Positions 11,509 to 22,699 of a stretch of DNA of 55,920 nt are shown here, one piece after another. The stretch is from Chiloscyllium plagiosum. Lineage: Eukaryota. The translations under genes were made by a program, and so were the position numbers. The notes under the pieces are model-generated. The model did not search any database and had not been told where the DNA came from. It saw only the letters and a list, made by a program, of their open reading frames with translations. Location of the stretch: the NCBI RefSeq assembly GCF_004010195.1, contig NC_057719.1, positions 92,094,392-92,150,311 of the forward strand. The letters are read 5' to 3'. Numbering within the stretch: the first letter of the stretch is position 1; each line of letters begins with the position of its first letter.

Positions 11509-12940
11509 AAGGTGGATGCAGTTGGAGGGGGTTATTGTGATGTGACAGTGGGAAGGGTGGAATGGACAGGTGAGTAGGATGGTGGACAGGTTAGGTCAGG
11601 TCAGGGAGGTGAGGAGGAGGGGTGGGAGCGAGAGGTGGGATAAGGCTGGGGCTGGAGGGATTTTGAAGCTGGTGAATTCGATGTTCTCCAGCTTCTGTTT
11701 GTCCTCACTCTGACAGTGGAGGAGGCTAAGGAGGGCATGTCGCCGGGGGAGAGGGAGGGGCCATTGAATTGGATTGCAACCAGAAGGTCCGCCTCCAGAA
11801 ACCGACTCACCACGATATCCATTTCAAACCCACTGACTCCCGCAACTACCTGTACAACACCTTCTCTCACCTTCCACACCCCCAACCTCCGCGGAAAATA
11901 CTATCCCAAACTCCCAACTCCACCTCCGCCGCGTCTGCTCCCAGGATGAGGCGTTTTACTCCAGGACATCCAAGGTATCGTCCCCTCCTCAGTCATTAAG
12001 AATGCCCTCAACCGCATCTCCTCCAGTTCCCACACTCCTGCCCTCAACACCCCTCCCCTCCCCCGACAACGACACTAAGGGTCGAGTCCCCTTAGTCCTC
12101 ACATACCACCTCAGCAACCTCCGAATCCAATGCATCATCCTCCAACATTTCCGCCACCTACAATCAGACCCTGTCGGCTTTCCGCCGGGACCGTTCTCTC
12201 CGTGACTCCCTCGCCAACTCTACACTCCCCGCCAACCTCTCCAGCATACCCAGTGCCTTTCCCTGCTACCACAGGAGGTGCAACACCTGCTCCAACACCT
12301 CCCCTCTCCCCTTCGTCCGAGACCCCAAGCAATCCTTCCATACCTGGCAGAGATTGCCCTGCACTTTGTCCGACCTGATCTACGACATCCATTGCTGTTG
12401 ATGTGGTCTTTTCTATACTGAGGAGACCAAATGCAGTCTCAGAGACCGCACTGCACTCTGCACGCATCGACCTGACCTTCCAGTTGCCATCCATTTTAAT
12501 CCCCCCGCCCCCCCCCACTCCCCCGACGACATGTCCATCCTTGGTCTCCTCCACTGTCAGAGTAGAAACTGGAGGAACAGCACCTACTATTTCACCTGGG
12601 AAACCTCCAGCCCAAAGGCCTCAATGTTGACTTCACCGGCTTCAAACACCCTCCACCCCTGGCCTTATCCCACGCCCAGGCCCACCCTTCCTTCCTTATC
12701 TGACCTAACCTGTCCATTTTCCTACTCACATATCTGCTCCACCCTGCCCACTGACCAATCACAATAACCCCCTACCTGCATCCCCCAATCACCATCCCAC
12801 TCACCTCTCCCTCAGCCCCATCCCCCCTCCCTCGATTTACGTCTGGGCTCCCCTCCCCCTTCCCCAGTCCTGGTGTAATGTTGACCTTCCTGCTCCATGG
12901 ATGCTGACTGACTTGCTGTGCCTTTTCAGCTTCACATCTA
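11509..12940 (+). mobile_element. Degenerate Penelope-like retroelement: inverted 3' segment (about 11509-11789, -) joined to RT C-terminus, GIY-YIG remnant and terminus (about 11790-12940, +)
   Basis: Frameshifted motifs DIHFKPTDSRNYL, RVPLVLTYH.SNLRIQ.IILQHFRHLQSDP, LIY.IHC..CGLFYTEETK (decayed GIY-YIG), MSILGLLHCQS; 11690-11789 is the reverse complement of the 12470-12575 type sequence. Confidence 0.85.
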
Positions 12941-13382
12941 TTCAGAAAGGGAATTTTTAACAATTTATTTTTATTCATTCCTGGGCCAGCACTTATTGCC
13001 CAGAGGGCAGTTGAGAGTCAACCACATTGCCGTGGGTCTGGAGTCGCATGTAGGCCAGACCAGGTAAGGATTCCTTCCCTGAAGGGCATTAGTGACTCAG
13101 ATGAGTTTATCCGAACAATCAGCAATGGATTTATGGTCACCCTTAATTCCAGATTTTTATTGAACTCAAATTTCGCCATCTGCCATGGTGGCATTTGAAC
13201 CCAGATCATGAGCTGAGTTTCGGGACTATTAGTCCAGTGGCAATACGGCCATTGCCTCTCCAATGAGAGAAGGACACTTTCAAGTACAGCTCTTTGTTTT
13301 CCATCCTGAGCCCTTTGCAGATGTATGTCTGTTTTGAGAGGAGTAATTCCAGAACAGTTGGTTAGTCCAGAAAGAAAGCTTA

Positions 13383-13887
13383 GATGTTGTGAAACTTGAA
13401 AGGATTCAGAAAAGATTTACAAGGATGTTGCCAGGGTTGGAGGATCTGAGCTACAGGGAGAGACTGAACAGGCTGGGGCTGTTTTCCCTGGAGCGTCGGA
13501 GGCTGAGGGATGACCTTATAGAGGTTTATAAAATCATGAGGGGCATGGATAGGATAAATAGGCAAAGTCTTTCCACTGGGGTGGGGGAATCCAGAACTAG
13601 AGGGGCATAGGTTTAGTGTGAGAGGGGAAAGATATAAAAGAGACTTAAGGGGCAACTTTTTTACACAGAGGGTAGTATGTGTATGGAATGAGCTGCCAGA
13701 GGATGTGGTGGAGGCTGGTACAATTGCAACATTTAAGAGGCATTTGGATGGGTATATGAATAGGAAGGGTTTGGAGGGATATGGGCCGGGTGCTGGCAGG
13801 TGGGACTAGATTGGGTTGGGATATCGGGTCAGCATGGACGGGTTGGGCCGAAGGGCCTGTTTCCGTGCTGTACATCTCTATGACTCT
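13383..13887 (+). mobile_element. Young CR1 (HER1-type) LINE 3' fragment
   Basis: KLERIQKRFTRMLPGLEDLSYRERLNRLGLFSLERRRLR.DLIEVYKIMRG..WNELPE, ends ctctatgactct. Confidence 0.95.
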
Positions 13888-14787
13888 GGATCAATAAAAC
13901 TTCAACCTTGATCTGCTTGGTGTGTTTTCTGTCGAAGAAACAAATGCTTCCAAAACGATGGTGTTCCAGAGGGAGCGAGGTAGATCCCAGCAGTGAGGAT
14001 TTCTTAACTCTGTAGGCCGACATCCGTCAGCACAGGATCAAAGAATTTCTTAATCAGAGACAGAAGAGAAGGTTGTCCGGGACAGGAAGAGGTCAGGATG
14101 AATCCCTGAGTGTAGATGTGGAGAGGGTGTTTCCTGTTGTGAAAGAATATAGGAGGAGGGGCGTGGTCACTGTTTAAAAATAAGTGGACTCCCATTTCAA
14201 ACAAAGGTGAGGAAAAACGTTTTCTCACAGAGGGTTGTGAGACCTTGGATATATCTTGCTGAAAAGACAGCAGTAGCAGAGTCTTTGACTGTTGTCAAGA
14301 CAGTGCTAGGTAGATTTCTGATTAAGAAGGGGGTGAGAGAGTTCATCAGGGGTCGATTGAAGTGATCAGATCCGCCCAATGGTGGGACAGGCCTGAGGCC
14401 CTCTGCTCCTAACTTGTATTTTCTTTTTCGGATAGCTGCTCCACAGGTTGCTGAAAGTCAGAAGTGGAAGTTCAGGAGGATTTTGTAAGAGAACTTCCTG
14501 ACGTCAAGGTCCGGGCAGCTGAAGAGGGTTGAGGAAAGTTGGGGGGACGAGTGAGAAGCTTAGTTGGACCGCACCCCGCAACCGATATGGTTCATTCACA
14601 TCCCGACGGTGGAAATCAAACGCCGTCAGTTGCCGAGCCCCAGCGGATCATGATCAGCTTCTGCGCTGCCCACTGCAGCGAAGAAAAGCAGACTCTTCCC
14701 AATCGTGGCAAAATGCCCCATTTTCTTTAGGCGCTTTGTTCCCGCATCCGTCCTCACGCTGGACCTTCCCTCCCCTCTGTTTTTTTT

Positions 14788-15038
14788 TTAGATTAGATTA
14801 GATTAGATTAGATTACTTACAGTGTGGAAACAGGCCCTTCGGCCCAACAAGTCCACACCGCCCCGCCGAATCGCAACCCACCCATACCCCTACATTTACC
14901 CCTTACCTAACACTACGGGCAATTTAGCATGGCCAATTCACCTAACCTGCACACAGTCAGTTGCCTGAGGCGGGAATTGAACCCGGGTCTCTGGCGCTGC
15001 GAGGCAGCAGTGCTAACCACTGTGCCACCGTGCCGCCC
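14788..15038 (-). mobile_element. HE1-type SINE with (tctaa)n tail and internal deletion
   Basis: Close to 30113-30429 but lacks about 70 nt of core (acctgcac|acagtcag). Confidence 0.92.
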
Positions 15039-15892
15039 CGTGCCGCTTCTGTCATGAGATGTCGGGGCTATACAGACCCGGAGATTAGAGTGTACAAAGC
15101 TGGGCCCTCGGGGCCAGGTCTGGACGCTGGCACGTCTGGGCATGCTGGGATATGCCAGCATGATCGGCCTGACAGGGAGGCCTGTTCTCTCTCTGTAGCC
15201 GCCTCACTCCATTGCAATGCTGTATGTTCGACCTGTCTCCCTTTGCAAGCTGATTAATCCCTGACAAAGCAGACTTTTAATTCTTTGGCTTCCATCCACT
15301 TGCTTGTTACAAACAGCTTTAGGTTGTGTTTGCTGGAAATTAAACCCCAGCTGCCTTTTTAGTGAGGCATCAACAGGCCGCAGTTTGCACTAACTCAGTC
15401 CTTTCCACTTCCCCTGTGCTGCCTGCTTTGTCTCACTAAGTGTTCTGACGGAACCTCAGTGGTAAAAGGTCTGGTCTGTTGTCCCTCTCTGGCCTCACCC
15501 CTCCCTATCGCGGCCATCAAATGTCTTGAGGCAAAAAAACAGTTCAGCAAAACGGCTATGGATCTCGTGTGCTGTCCCTCTCTCTCTCGGTTTGCGTGAT
15601 TATTTGGATAGGAATAGTGTGCAGGGATGTAGGCAGGAGATTAGCACTAGGGAATGGGCTCGATGATGTTATAATGGGCTGAACGGCCTCCTGCTGGAGT
15701 GCCAGAACAGTTCTGTGATCTTGTACTGAACACACTAAATGCTGGAGATGACAAGGGGCCACGTTCACACACATGGAAAGAAAGCAAGCTGTTTCGAGTC
15801 CAGGTGTCTCTTCATCACAGCTGTCTGCCCGAGCCCCGCCACACTCCAAGATCTCTGCTCTCCTCCAATTCCAATCTCTTTCCCCTCCTCCC

Positions 15893-16159
15893 CGAATCCC
15901 ATCACTCCACTGCCTGAGGTGCTAAGTGCTGGAATTCTCTTCCTCAATCTCTCTCTCTCTCTCTCTCTCGCCATGAAATTTGAAACCCTATACCTCTTTG
16001 ACCGTGCTCTAAAGTTCCCTTTTCGAATCCCATCACTCCACTGCCTGAGGTGCTAAGTGCTGGAATTCCCTTCCTCAATCTCTCTCTCTCTCTCTCTCTC
16101 TCTTGCCATGAAATTTGAAACCCTATACCTCTTTGACCGTGCTCTAAAGTTCTCTTTTT
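15893..16159. repeat. Tandem duplication, about 131-nt unit x2, containing (ct)n
   Basis: cgaatcccatcactccactgcctgagg...ctaaagttc starts at 15893 and again at 16024. Confidence 0.95.
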
Positions 16160-16799
16160 GAGCCTGGGTGTCAAACCCTATCTGGCAACGCCCCTGGGAA
16201 GTGCCTGGAGATGTGTTTTGCCGCTCCGCGGGGTGCCACATAAATGCAGTGTTGTTGTTGTTGTCCGAGGCTCCCACCGAAGGGCAAGATCGAATGGCTG
16301 AGCTCATAGCGAGCACAGTGAAAGCAAAAAAAAAAACATTTTCTGACTTTTATGGTTTTCATTGGCAGAGATGAGTCAATTCACACTGGGCCTATCTGAG
16401 GTTTTCCACTTGTTAAACGATGCAGGGTTTTTGTACATCTCGTCCCTGGAGAGCAGTCAGCAAGAAAGCCTGAGCTATGTGCTTGCCAAAGGACATGGCT
16501 GTATAATTTGTACCATTCCCGTATAAATTTCCACATGAAACCACTCTACATAACTGCCTGAAACCTTTCCCATCTCAACCTCAGTTGCTTGACCTTCCTG
16601 TGCTGTTCTGTCAGATTATGACTGACCTTCACCCCATGTAGCTGCCTTTGATTTGTAACCGTCGTTACTCTTATACAAAAGATCAATCTCAGATGTGGAA
16701 GGTTCAATTTCCTCTCAAACTCAAACAGTCCCATTCTGAAGAATGAGGGAGGGTGTGTCTCAGAGAAGCCTGCAAAATTCCAGAGGGTCAAATTTTTCA

Positions 16800-17420
16800 C
16801 ATAGAGTCAAGGTCTTTTCCCTGGGCTGGGGGAGTCCAAAACTAGAGGGCTTAGGTTTAAGGTGAGCGGGAAAAGGTTTAAAAGGGAACAAAGGGGCAAC
16901 TTTTTCACTCAGAGGATGGTGCGGGTATGGAACGAGCCACCAGAGGAAGTGGTGGAGGCCGGTACACTGACAGCATTTAAAAGATGTTTGCGCAAGTACA
17001 TGGTGAGGAAAGGTTTAGAGGGATATGGGCCAACTGCAGGCAAATGGGATTAGGAAACCAGGTCAGTATTAACGAATTGGACTGAAGGGTCTCTTTCCGT
17101 ACTGTATGACTCTTAAGAGTAGTCAAGCTAAATGCAGGGAGGATGCTTCTGATGGTCAGAGAGTTCAGGGGTAACAGTTTAAGGTTACAGGGTAGGCAAT
17201 TTAAGACTGAGATGAGGAGAAAGGTCTTCATCCAGAGAGAAGTGAGCCTACCACAGAAAGCAGTTCAGGCTAGAACATTCAAGGGGTTAGATCGAGTGCT
17301 TAGGGATCAACGTTACGGGGAGAAGGTGGGAACAGGGGACTGAGTTGGATGACCAGCCGTAATCATAGTGAACGGCAGAGCAGGATTGAAGGGCCGAATG
17401 GCCACCTCCTGCTCCTCTTC
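16800..17420 (+). mobile_element. Two adjacent CR1-clade 3' ends
   Basis: GNFFTQRMVRVWNEPPEEVVEAG and FKTEMRRKVFIQR, each with its own 3' UTR. Confidence 0.85.
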
Positions 17421-18161
17421 CCGACGGTGACAGCATTTTTCAGCGTGAAGAGTTTTAGAATTCCGTGTCCCGGTTGTGTGAAGGAGTGTTTGCTGAGCTT
17501 TTCCCTGAATGGATGACAGCTTTCATTGCAAGTTGAAGTCCCCTTGATATGGGCTCCTCCTCCAGTCCCTCTCCCTCTCTAGTGTCGACCTCAATTGACT
17601 TGTTCAATCAGACCGTGCCTTCAGTCCTCGGTGTTTCAGGCAGCAGAAACCTGCTCTGTGCAGTGTGACACCTTAACCCTGGTCTCCTTCAGATATCCAA
17701 CCAACACTCCAATCCAAAGTTGGGGGGGATAACCCCAAAGGTTTTTTAACCCGTCGCTTTGGCCATGATTACATGCTTTGGTCCATCCCATATTTTGCAC
17801 TGGATGTCATTGGCGAATACCCCTATTGTGAGGATACAGACGGAAATCCCAGTAACTCCGTCTGGAGATAGTAGGTGAAAGGTTGCTCCTAGTCTGGCTC
17901 CCAATATGCGCCCCCCCTCCCCCACCAGGACATGATATTAAAAAGAAGGCCATTGATCCATCCAATCTGCAGGTGTAACCATGGTGATGACTGGGCAAAG
18001 TCAGTCGAAGGCAGGAAGGCGTGAAGGTGGGCACTGAAGGATAGGCCAGGCATTTCTGACTCCACTCTGAGGCGGAAACTGCGTTTCAGAAAAGGACAGG
18101 AGAGGGTGGGCTGAGGCTGTGGGCAGGAGCCGGAGAAATGACCGTCTTGCTTCTGTTCCAG

Positions 18162-18337
18162 GTGACCAGGCCGCCATGGCTCGATGGGGCTCACGCGCAG
18201 GCCTTTGACGAGAAGGCCTACCTCTCGAGCAAGACCCTCAAGCCCGGCGACGATCCTTACGGACGCCACGCCTTCAACCAGCAGGAGAGTGACCGGCTCC
18301 CCAGCGACCGAGCAATCCGGGACACCAGGCATTACAG
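18162..18337 (+). CDS. GALNT16: Internal coding exon (probably exon 2) of polypeptide N-acetylgalactosaminyltransferase 16, stem region and start of catalytic domain
   Basis: Acceptor cttgcttctgttccag|GTG (phase 0), donor TACAG|gtagcc (phase 2), 176 nt. Translates VTRPPWLDGAHAQAFDEKAYLSSKTLKPGDDPYGRHAFNQQESDRLPSDRAIRDTRHY(R). From recall, FDEKAYL..K.LK.G.DPY..HAFNQ.ESD.L..DR.IRDTRHY fits GALNT16 better than its paralogue GALNT14. Confidence 0.92.
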
Positions 18338-19324
18338 GTAGCCGGGGGCACCCACACTACACACCCGCCCCTCCCCCCCCCAAAATGTCGGCCAGTGTCA
18401 CCATGGCGACCTTGGGCCCCATACTCAGGGAGGGGTTTGATCAGTGGCGCGGGAGCTGAAAGGAAAACATCGTGCGACCTCCCCCGTTCACTAACAGCAC
18501 CTCGTCCCCAGCGCAGCTCCTTCCTCCCCCTTCTCCAGGAAAGGTTGACCGTAATGGACTGTGATGCCTGCCCCAGTTGAACAGCAGTCACCCTGCAGGG
18601 TGACTCAGGATGGATGGCCTGGGACTGGAGAGTCACCTGGGCCTGGGGAAATGTATCCTGGGGGTGGGTTCGAGGGAGAAGGTAAGAAAGGGTGTCAATT
18701 GGCGTGGGGCGGGGTGGGGGGAGGAAATGTCATGCCCCCCCCCCCCCCCCCACACAGTCTCGGCAGGGACTAAAGCACTCGGTGGGAATGTTTCAGTGAA
18801 TGTTTGAAGCATTGGTGGGATAAATGAGAGGTTTTTTTTCTCCCGTTGTGTGAAGTTGGTTGAGGGGTAAAGAGTCCAGGATGTTCAAGTGAGCTTGTGG
18901 TTGAAGATTTCTCTCCAGCAAGTGGGGGCCTGGGTGGGGGAAGGGGCTGAAGTGGAGCTGTTTGTACCCAGCAGGGATTGAGCTGAGAGATTCTCTGGCT
19001 GTAACTGTGTGGGGCATTTGGGACATCTGAAGGATGCTGTGTTTTTTTTAAAGATGTTGTTCGAGCGCATGCCAAGGGCTGAGGAACATCTGTGCGTTCA
19101 CCGGGCCTGGTACCTGGGGAACAGCTCATACTGTCTGAATGTTAGCACCGCTTTGGAACACTGTGTGTCGGGGATTGGGAATCTTCCTCTCTGTACAGGA
19201 ACAGCAGCAGGGTGTGGACACATCTGCAGTTTATCAGGGTGTCCATGGGAGGAAACTTCAGGCCTCCTGCAGGTCACGGAGTGAAGCCTCACGAACATGT
19301 TTAACCAGAGGGAGCAGTCCCTAA

Positions 19325-19730
19325 GACACACTCACACAGATGTAGATATACATTCACTCACACAAACATACTCTCTCACGCCCTCACTCACCCACACACT
19401 CTCACACACATACACACAGAGATGTACAGTCATTCTCTCACATAAAGAGCAGATAAACACTCTCTCACATACACTCACACTCATTCACATAAACACACAT
19501 TCTCTCTCACATATGGAGCAGATAAACACTCTTTCTCTCTCATGCACCCACACACTCAGAGATGTACACTCATTCTCTCTCACATATAGAGCAGATAAAC
19601 TCTCTCACAATCACTCACATATAAATACATGCTCACACACACACACACACAATTACTCACTCTCACACACAGATACACAATCACTCTCACACATAGATGC
19701 ACACTCATTCTCTCTCTCACACACACACCC
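19325..19730. repeat. Degenerate (CA)/(CT) simple repeat with internal ~60-nt periodicity
   Basis: cattctctcacat..gagcagataaac occurs three times. Confidence 0.9.
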
Positions 19731-19761
19731 ATCCCTGTAATCCTGTACTGTATATCTCATT

Positions 19762-19934
19762 AGAGAAAGTGAGGACTGCAGATGCTGGAGATCAGAGCTG
19801 AAAAATGTGTTGCTGGAAAAGTGCAGCAGGTCAGGCAGCATCCAAGGAACAGGAAAATGCCCAAAATGTCGATTCTCCCGCTCCTTGGATGCTGCCTGAC
19901 CTGCTGTGCTTTTCCAGCAACACATTTTTCAGCT
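19762..19934. mobile_element. Fold-back PLE-terminus insertion with 14-bp TSD
   Basis: Arms 19793-19854 and 19876-19937; ctgtat(a/g)tctcatt at 19748-19761 and 19935-19948. Confidence 0.85.
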
Positions 19935-19945
19935 CTGTATGTCTC

Positions 19946-20183
19946 ATTGGCCAATCCACTTAGCCTGCACATCCCTGGACACTATGGGCAATTTAGCATG
20001 GCCAATCCACCTGACCTGCACATCTTTCAACTGTAGGAGGAAACCGGAGCACCCGGAGAAAACCCACGCAGACACGGGGAGAATGTGCAAACTCCACACA
20101 GTCAGTCGCCTGAGGGGGGTATTGAACCTGGGTCCCTGGTGCTGTGAGGCAGCATGTGCTAACCACTGTGCCACCGTGCCATC
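19946..20183 (-). mobile_element. HE1-type SINE, 3'-truncated
   Basis: Head and core on the minus strand. Confidence 0.9.
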
Positions 20184-20271
20184 CCTAAGTATGGAAAGAG
20201 AAACTGCAAAGATGGGGTCACAGGAGGGGAGCAGTTAAGGGCTGCAAAAGAAGGGGCAAGACAGGCAGGAA

Positions 20272-21450
20272 AAAAGAACAAAGAACATTACAGCACAGGA
20301 ACAGGCCCTTCGGCCCTCCAAGCCTGCACCGATCCAGATCCTCTATCTAAACCTGTCGCCTATTTTCTAAGGGTCTGTATCCGTCTGCCCCCTGCTCATT
20401 CATGTATCTGACTAGACACTATCATTCCCGTCCCGACCACCTCCGCTGGCAATGTGTTCCAGGCTCCCAACACCCTCTGCATAAAGAACTTTCCACGTAT
20501 ATCTCCCCTAAACTTTTCCCCTCTCACTTTGAACTCGTGACCCTTAGTAATTGAGTCCACCACTCTGGGAAAACGTTTCTTACTATCCAACCTGTCTACA
20601 CCTCTCATGATTTTGTAGCCCTCAATCAGGTTCCCCCCTCAATCTCCATCTTTCTAATGAAAATAATCCTAATTTACTCAACCTCTCCTCATAGCTAGCA
20701 CCCTCCATACCAGACAATGTCCTGGTGAACCTCCTGTGCACCTCTCCAAAGCATCCACATCCTTTTGGTCATGTGGCGACCAGAACTCTATGCAGCTTTC
20801 CAAATGTGGCTGAGCCAAAGTCTTATGCAACTGTAACATGACCTGCCAACTCTTGTACTCAATAGGCAAAAGTGAGGACTGCAGATGCTGGAAATCAGAG
20901 TCTGGATTAGAGTGGTGCTGGAAAAGCACAGCAGGTCAGGCAGCATCCGAGGAGCAGGAAAATCGATGTTTCGGGTAAAAGCCCTTCATCAGCATTCCTG
21001 ATGAAGGGCTTTTGCCCAAAACGTTGATTTTCCTGCTGCTCAGATGCTGCCTGACCTGCTGTATTTTTCCAGCACCACTCTAATCTAGACTCTTGTACTC
21101 AATACCCCATCCAATGAAGGAAAGCATGCCGTATACTTTCTTGACCACTCGACTGACCTGCGTTGCCACCTTCAGGGTACAATGGACCTGAACACCCAGA
21201 CCTCATTATACATCAATTTTCCCCAGGACTTTTACATTTACCATATAATTCGCTCTCGAATCGGATCTTACAAAATGCATCACCTCACATTTGCCTGGAT
21301 TGAACTCCATCTGCCATTTTTCTGCCCAACTCTCCAATCTATCTATATCCTGCTGTATTCTCTGACAGTCCCCATTCACTATCTGCTACTCCGCCAATCT
21401 TAGTGTCACCTGCAAACTTGCTAATCAGACCACCTATACCTTCCTCCAGA
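20272..21450 (-). mobile_element. CR1-clade LINE fragment (RT to 3' end) with nested PLE fold-back
   Basis: GLISKFAGDTKIGG, EYKSWQVMLQLHKTL..PHLE, GKFFMQRVLGAWN; (aagaaca) tail repeats. Confidence 0.92.
20865..21088. mobile_element. Fold-back PLE-terminus insertion with 16-bp TSD and two decayed hammerhead motifs
   Basis: Arms 20897-20992 and 20998-21093 around cattc; actcttgtactcaata at 20849-20864 and 21089-21104. Confidence 0.88.
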
Positions 21451-21536
21451 AAGGTTACCGAGGCCAGCAAAGGGTAGGGGGTAGCAGCAAAAGGGAGAAA
21501 AGAACAACATTCACCAAACTCAGCACATGAAAACCG

Positions 21537-21738
21537 AGCTGTGAATATTCCTTGCAAATTAGGAGAGAGTGTCAGGATTGATGTTGCAGGAGTTCAGGGG
21601 CACAGGAGGTTCACCAGGACATTGTCTGGTATGGAGGGTGCTAGCTATGAGGAGAGGTTGAGTAAATTAGGATAGCTGTGAATATTCCTTGCAAATTAGG
21701 AGAGAGTGTCAGGATTGATGTTGCAGGAGTTCAGGGGC
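21537..21738. repeat. 65-bp direct duplication flanking an inverted copy of 20666-20739
   Basis: 21537-21601 = 21674-21738; 21600-21673 = reverse complement of 20666-20739. Confidence 0.93.
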
Positions 21739-22010
21739 TACTGCATGGAGGGAGAATGCGGTGATATAGATATAATGGATGCTGTGTCAATAGTTTCATC
21801 TCATAAAGATGTACATTTATGTGTTGCCACATCTAAAAGGATCTTGCATGCTATGAACTACTGGCGGTGTAGCAACAGAGTTTAGTTTTGACTTCATTAC
21901 TCCATGGCATATAGGGTGTGCTGGCTTTTCAATGTGGAAGTGTGTGTCAGTTATTTTTTTAAAGCAGTTTTTTGTTGCTAAATTATGCCTGTACCTTTTG
22001 CTGATGTAAC

Positions 22011-22313
22011 GATGGCACAGTGGTTAGCCCTACTGCCTCACAGCATCAAGGTCCCAGGTTCGATTCCAACCTCAGGCGACTGACTGTATGGAGTTTGCAC
22101 ATTCTCCCACTGTCTGCGTGGGTTTCCTCCGGGTGCTCTGGTTTCCTCCCACAGTCCAAAAGATGTGCAGGTCAGGTGAAGAGGTCATGTTAAATTGCCC
22201 CTAGTGTTAGGTGCATCAGTTAGAGGGAAGTGGGTTTGGGTGGGTTACTCTTCGGAGGATCAGTGTGGACTGGTTGGGCCGAAGGGCCTGTTTCCACACT
22301 GTAGGGAATCTAA
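22011..22313 (+). mobile_element. HE1-type SINE; a second partial copy follows at about 22426-22600
   Basis: Head, core and tail motifs. Confidence 0.92.
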
Positions 22314-22699
22314 ACTATTGTGGTATCCAGGAAATGAATGCTTTCCTTGCGTGTTGTGGCTTTAAGATTAATAAAGTATTGATAATTATTGGGTGCGTTG
22401 ATGAATTTATCACATTCTGCTTCTATTGATTCCAGCCTCGGGCGACTGTGTGTGTGGAGTTTGCACATTCTCCCCGTGTTTGCGTGGGTTTCCTCTGGGT
22501 GCTCCGGTTTCCTCCCACAGTCCAAAGATGTGCAGGTCATGCTAAATTGCCTATAGTTTCCAAAGTGGATTGACCATGGGAAGAGTAGTGTTGTGGAGAT
22601 AGGATGGGTGGGATGGTCCGGCTTCCTCACGTCACACAAATACAGTAGACATTGTTATTAAGTGACTGTATCACCTGATGAAGGAGTTCATAAGTGTAG

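Noticed and set aside
1..18161. First (transmembrane) exon of GALNT16
   Set aside because: I found no Met-basic-hydrophobic exon with a phase-0 donor; it probably lies upstream of the window.
17889..18636. Overlapping minus-strand and alternative-frame ORFs around the exon
   Set aside because: Shadows of a GC-rich coding exon; only the spliced + frame matches a known protein family.
22672..22686. cacctgatgaaggag as another hammerhead
   Set aside because: Only the 5' half is present; no closing stem II or GAAA follows.
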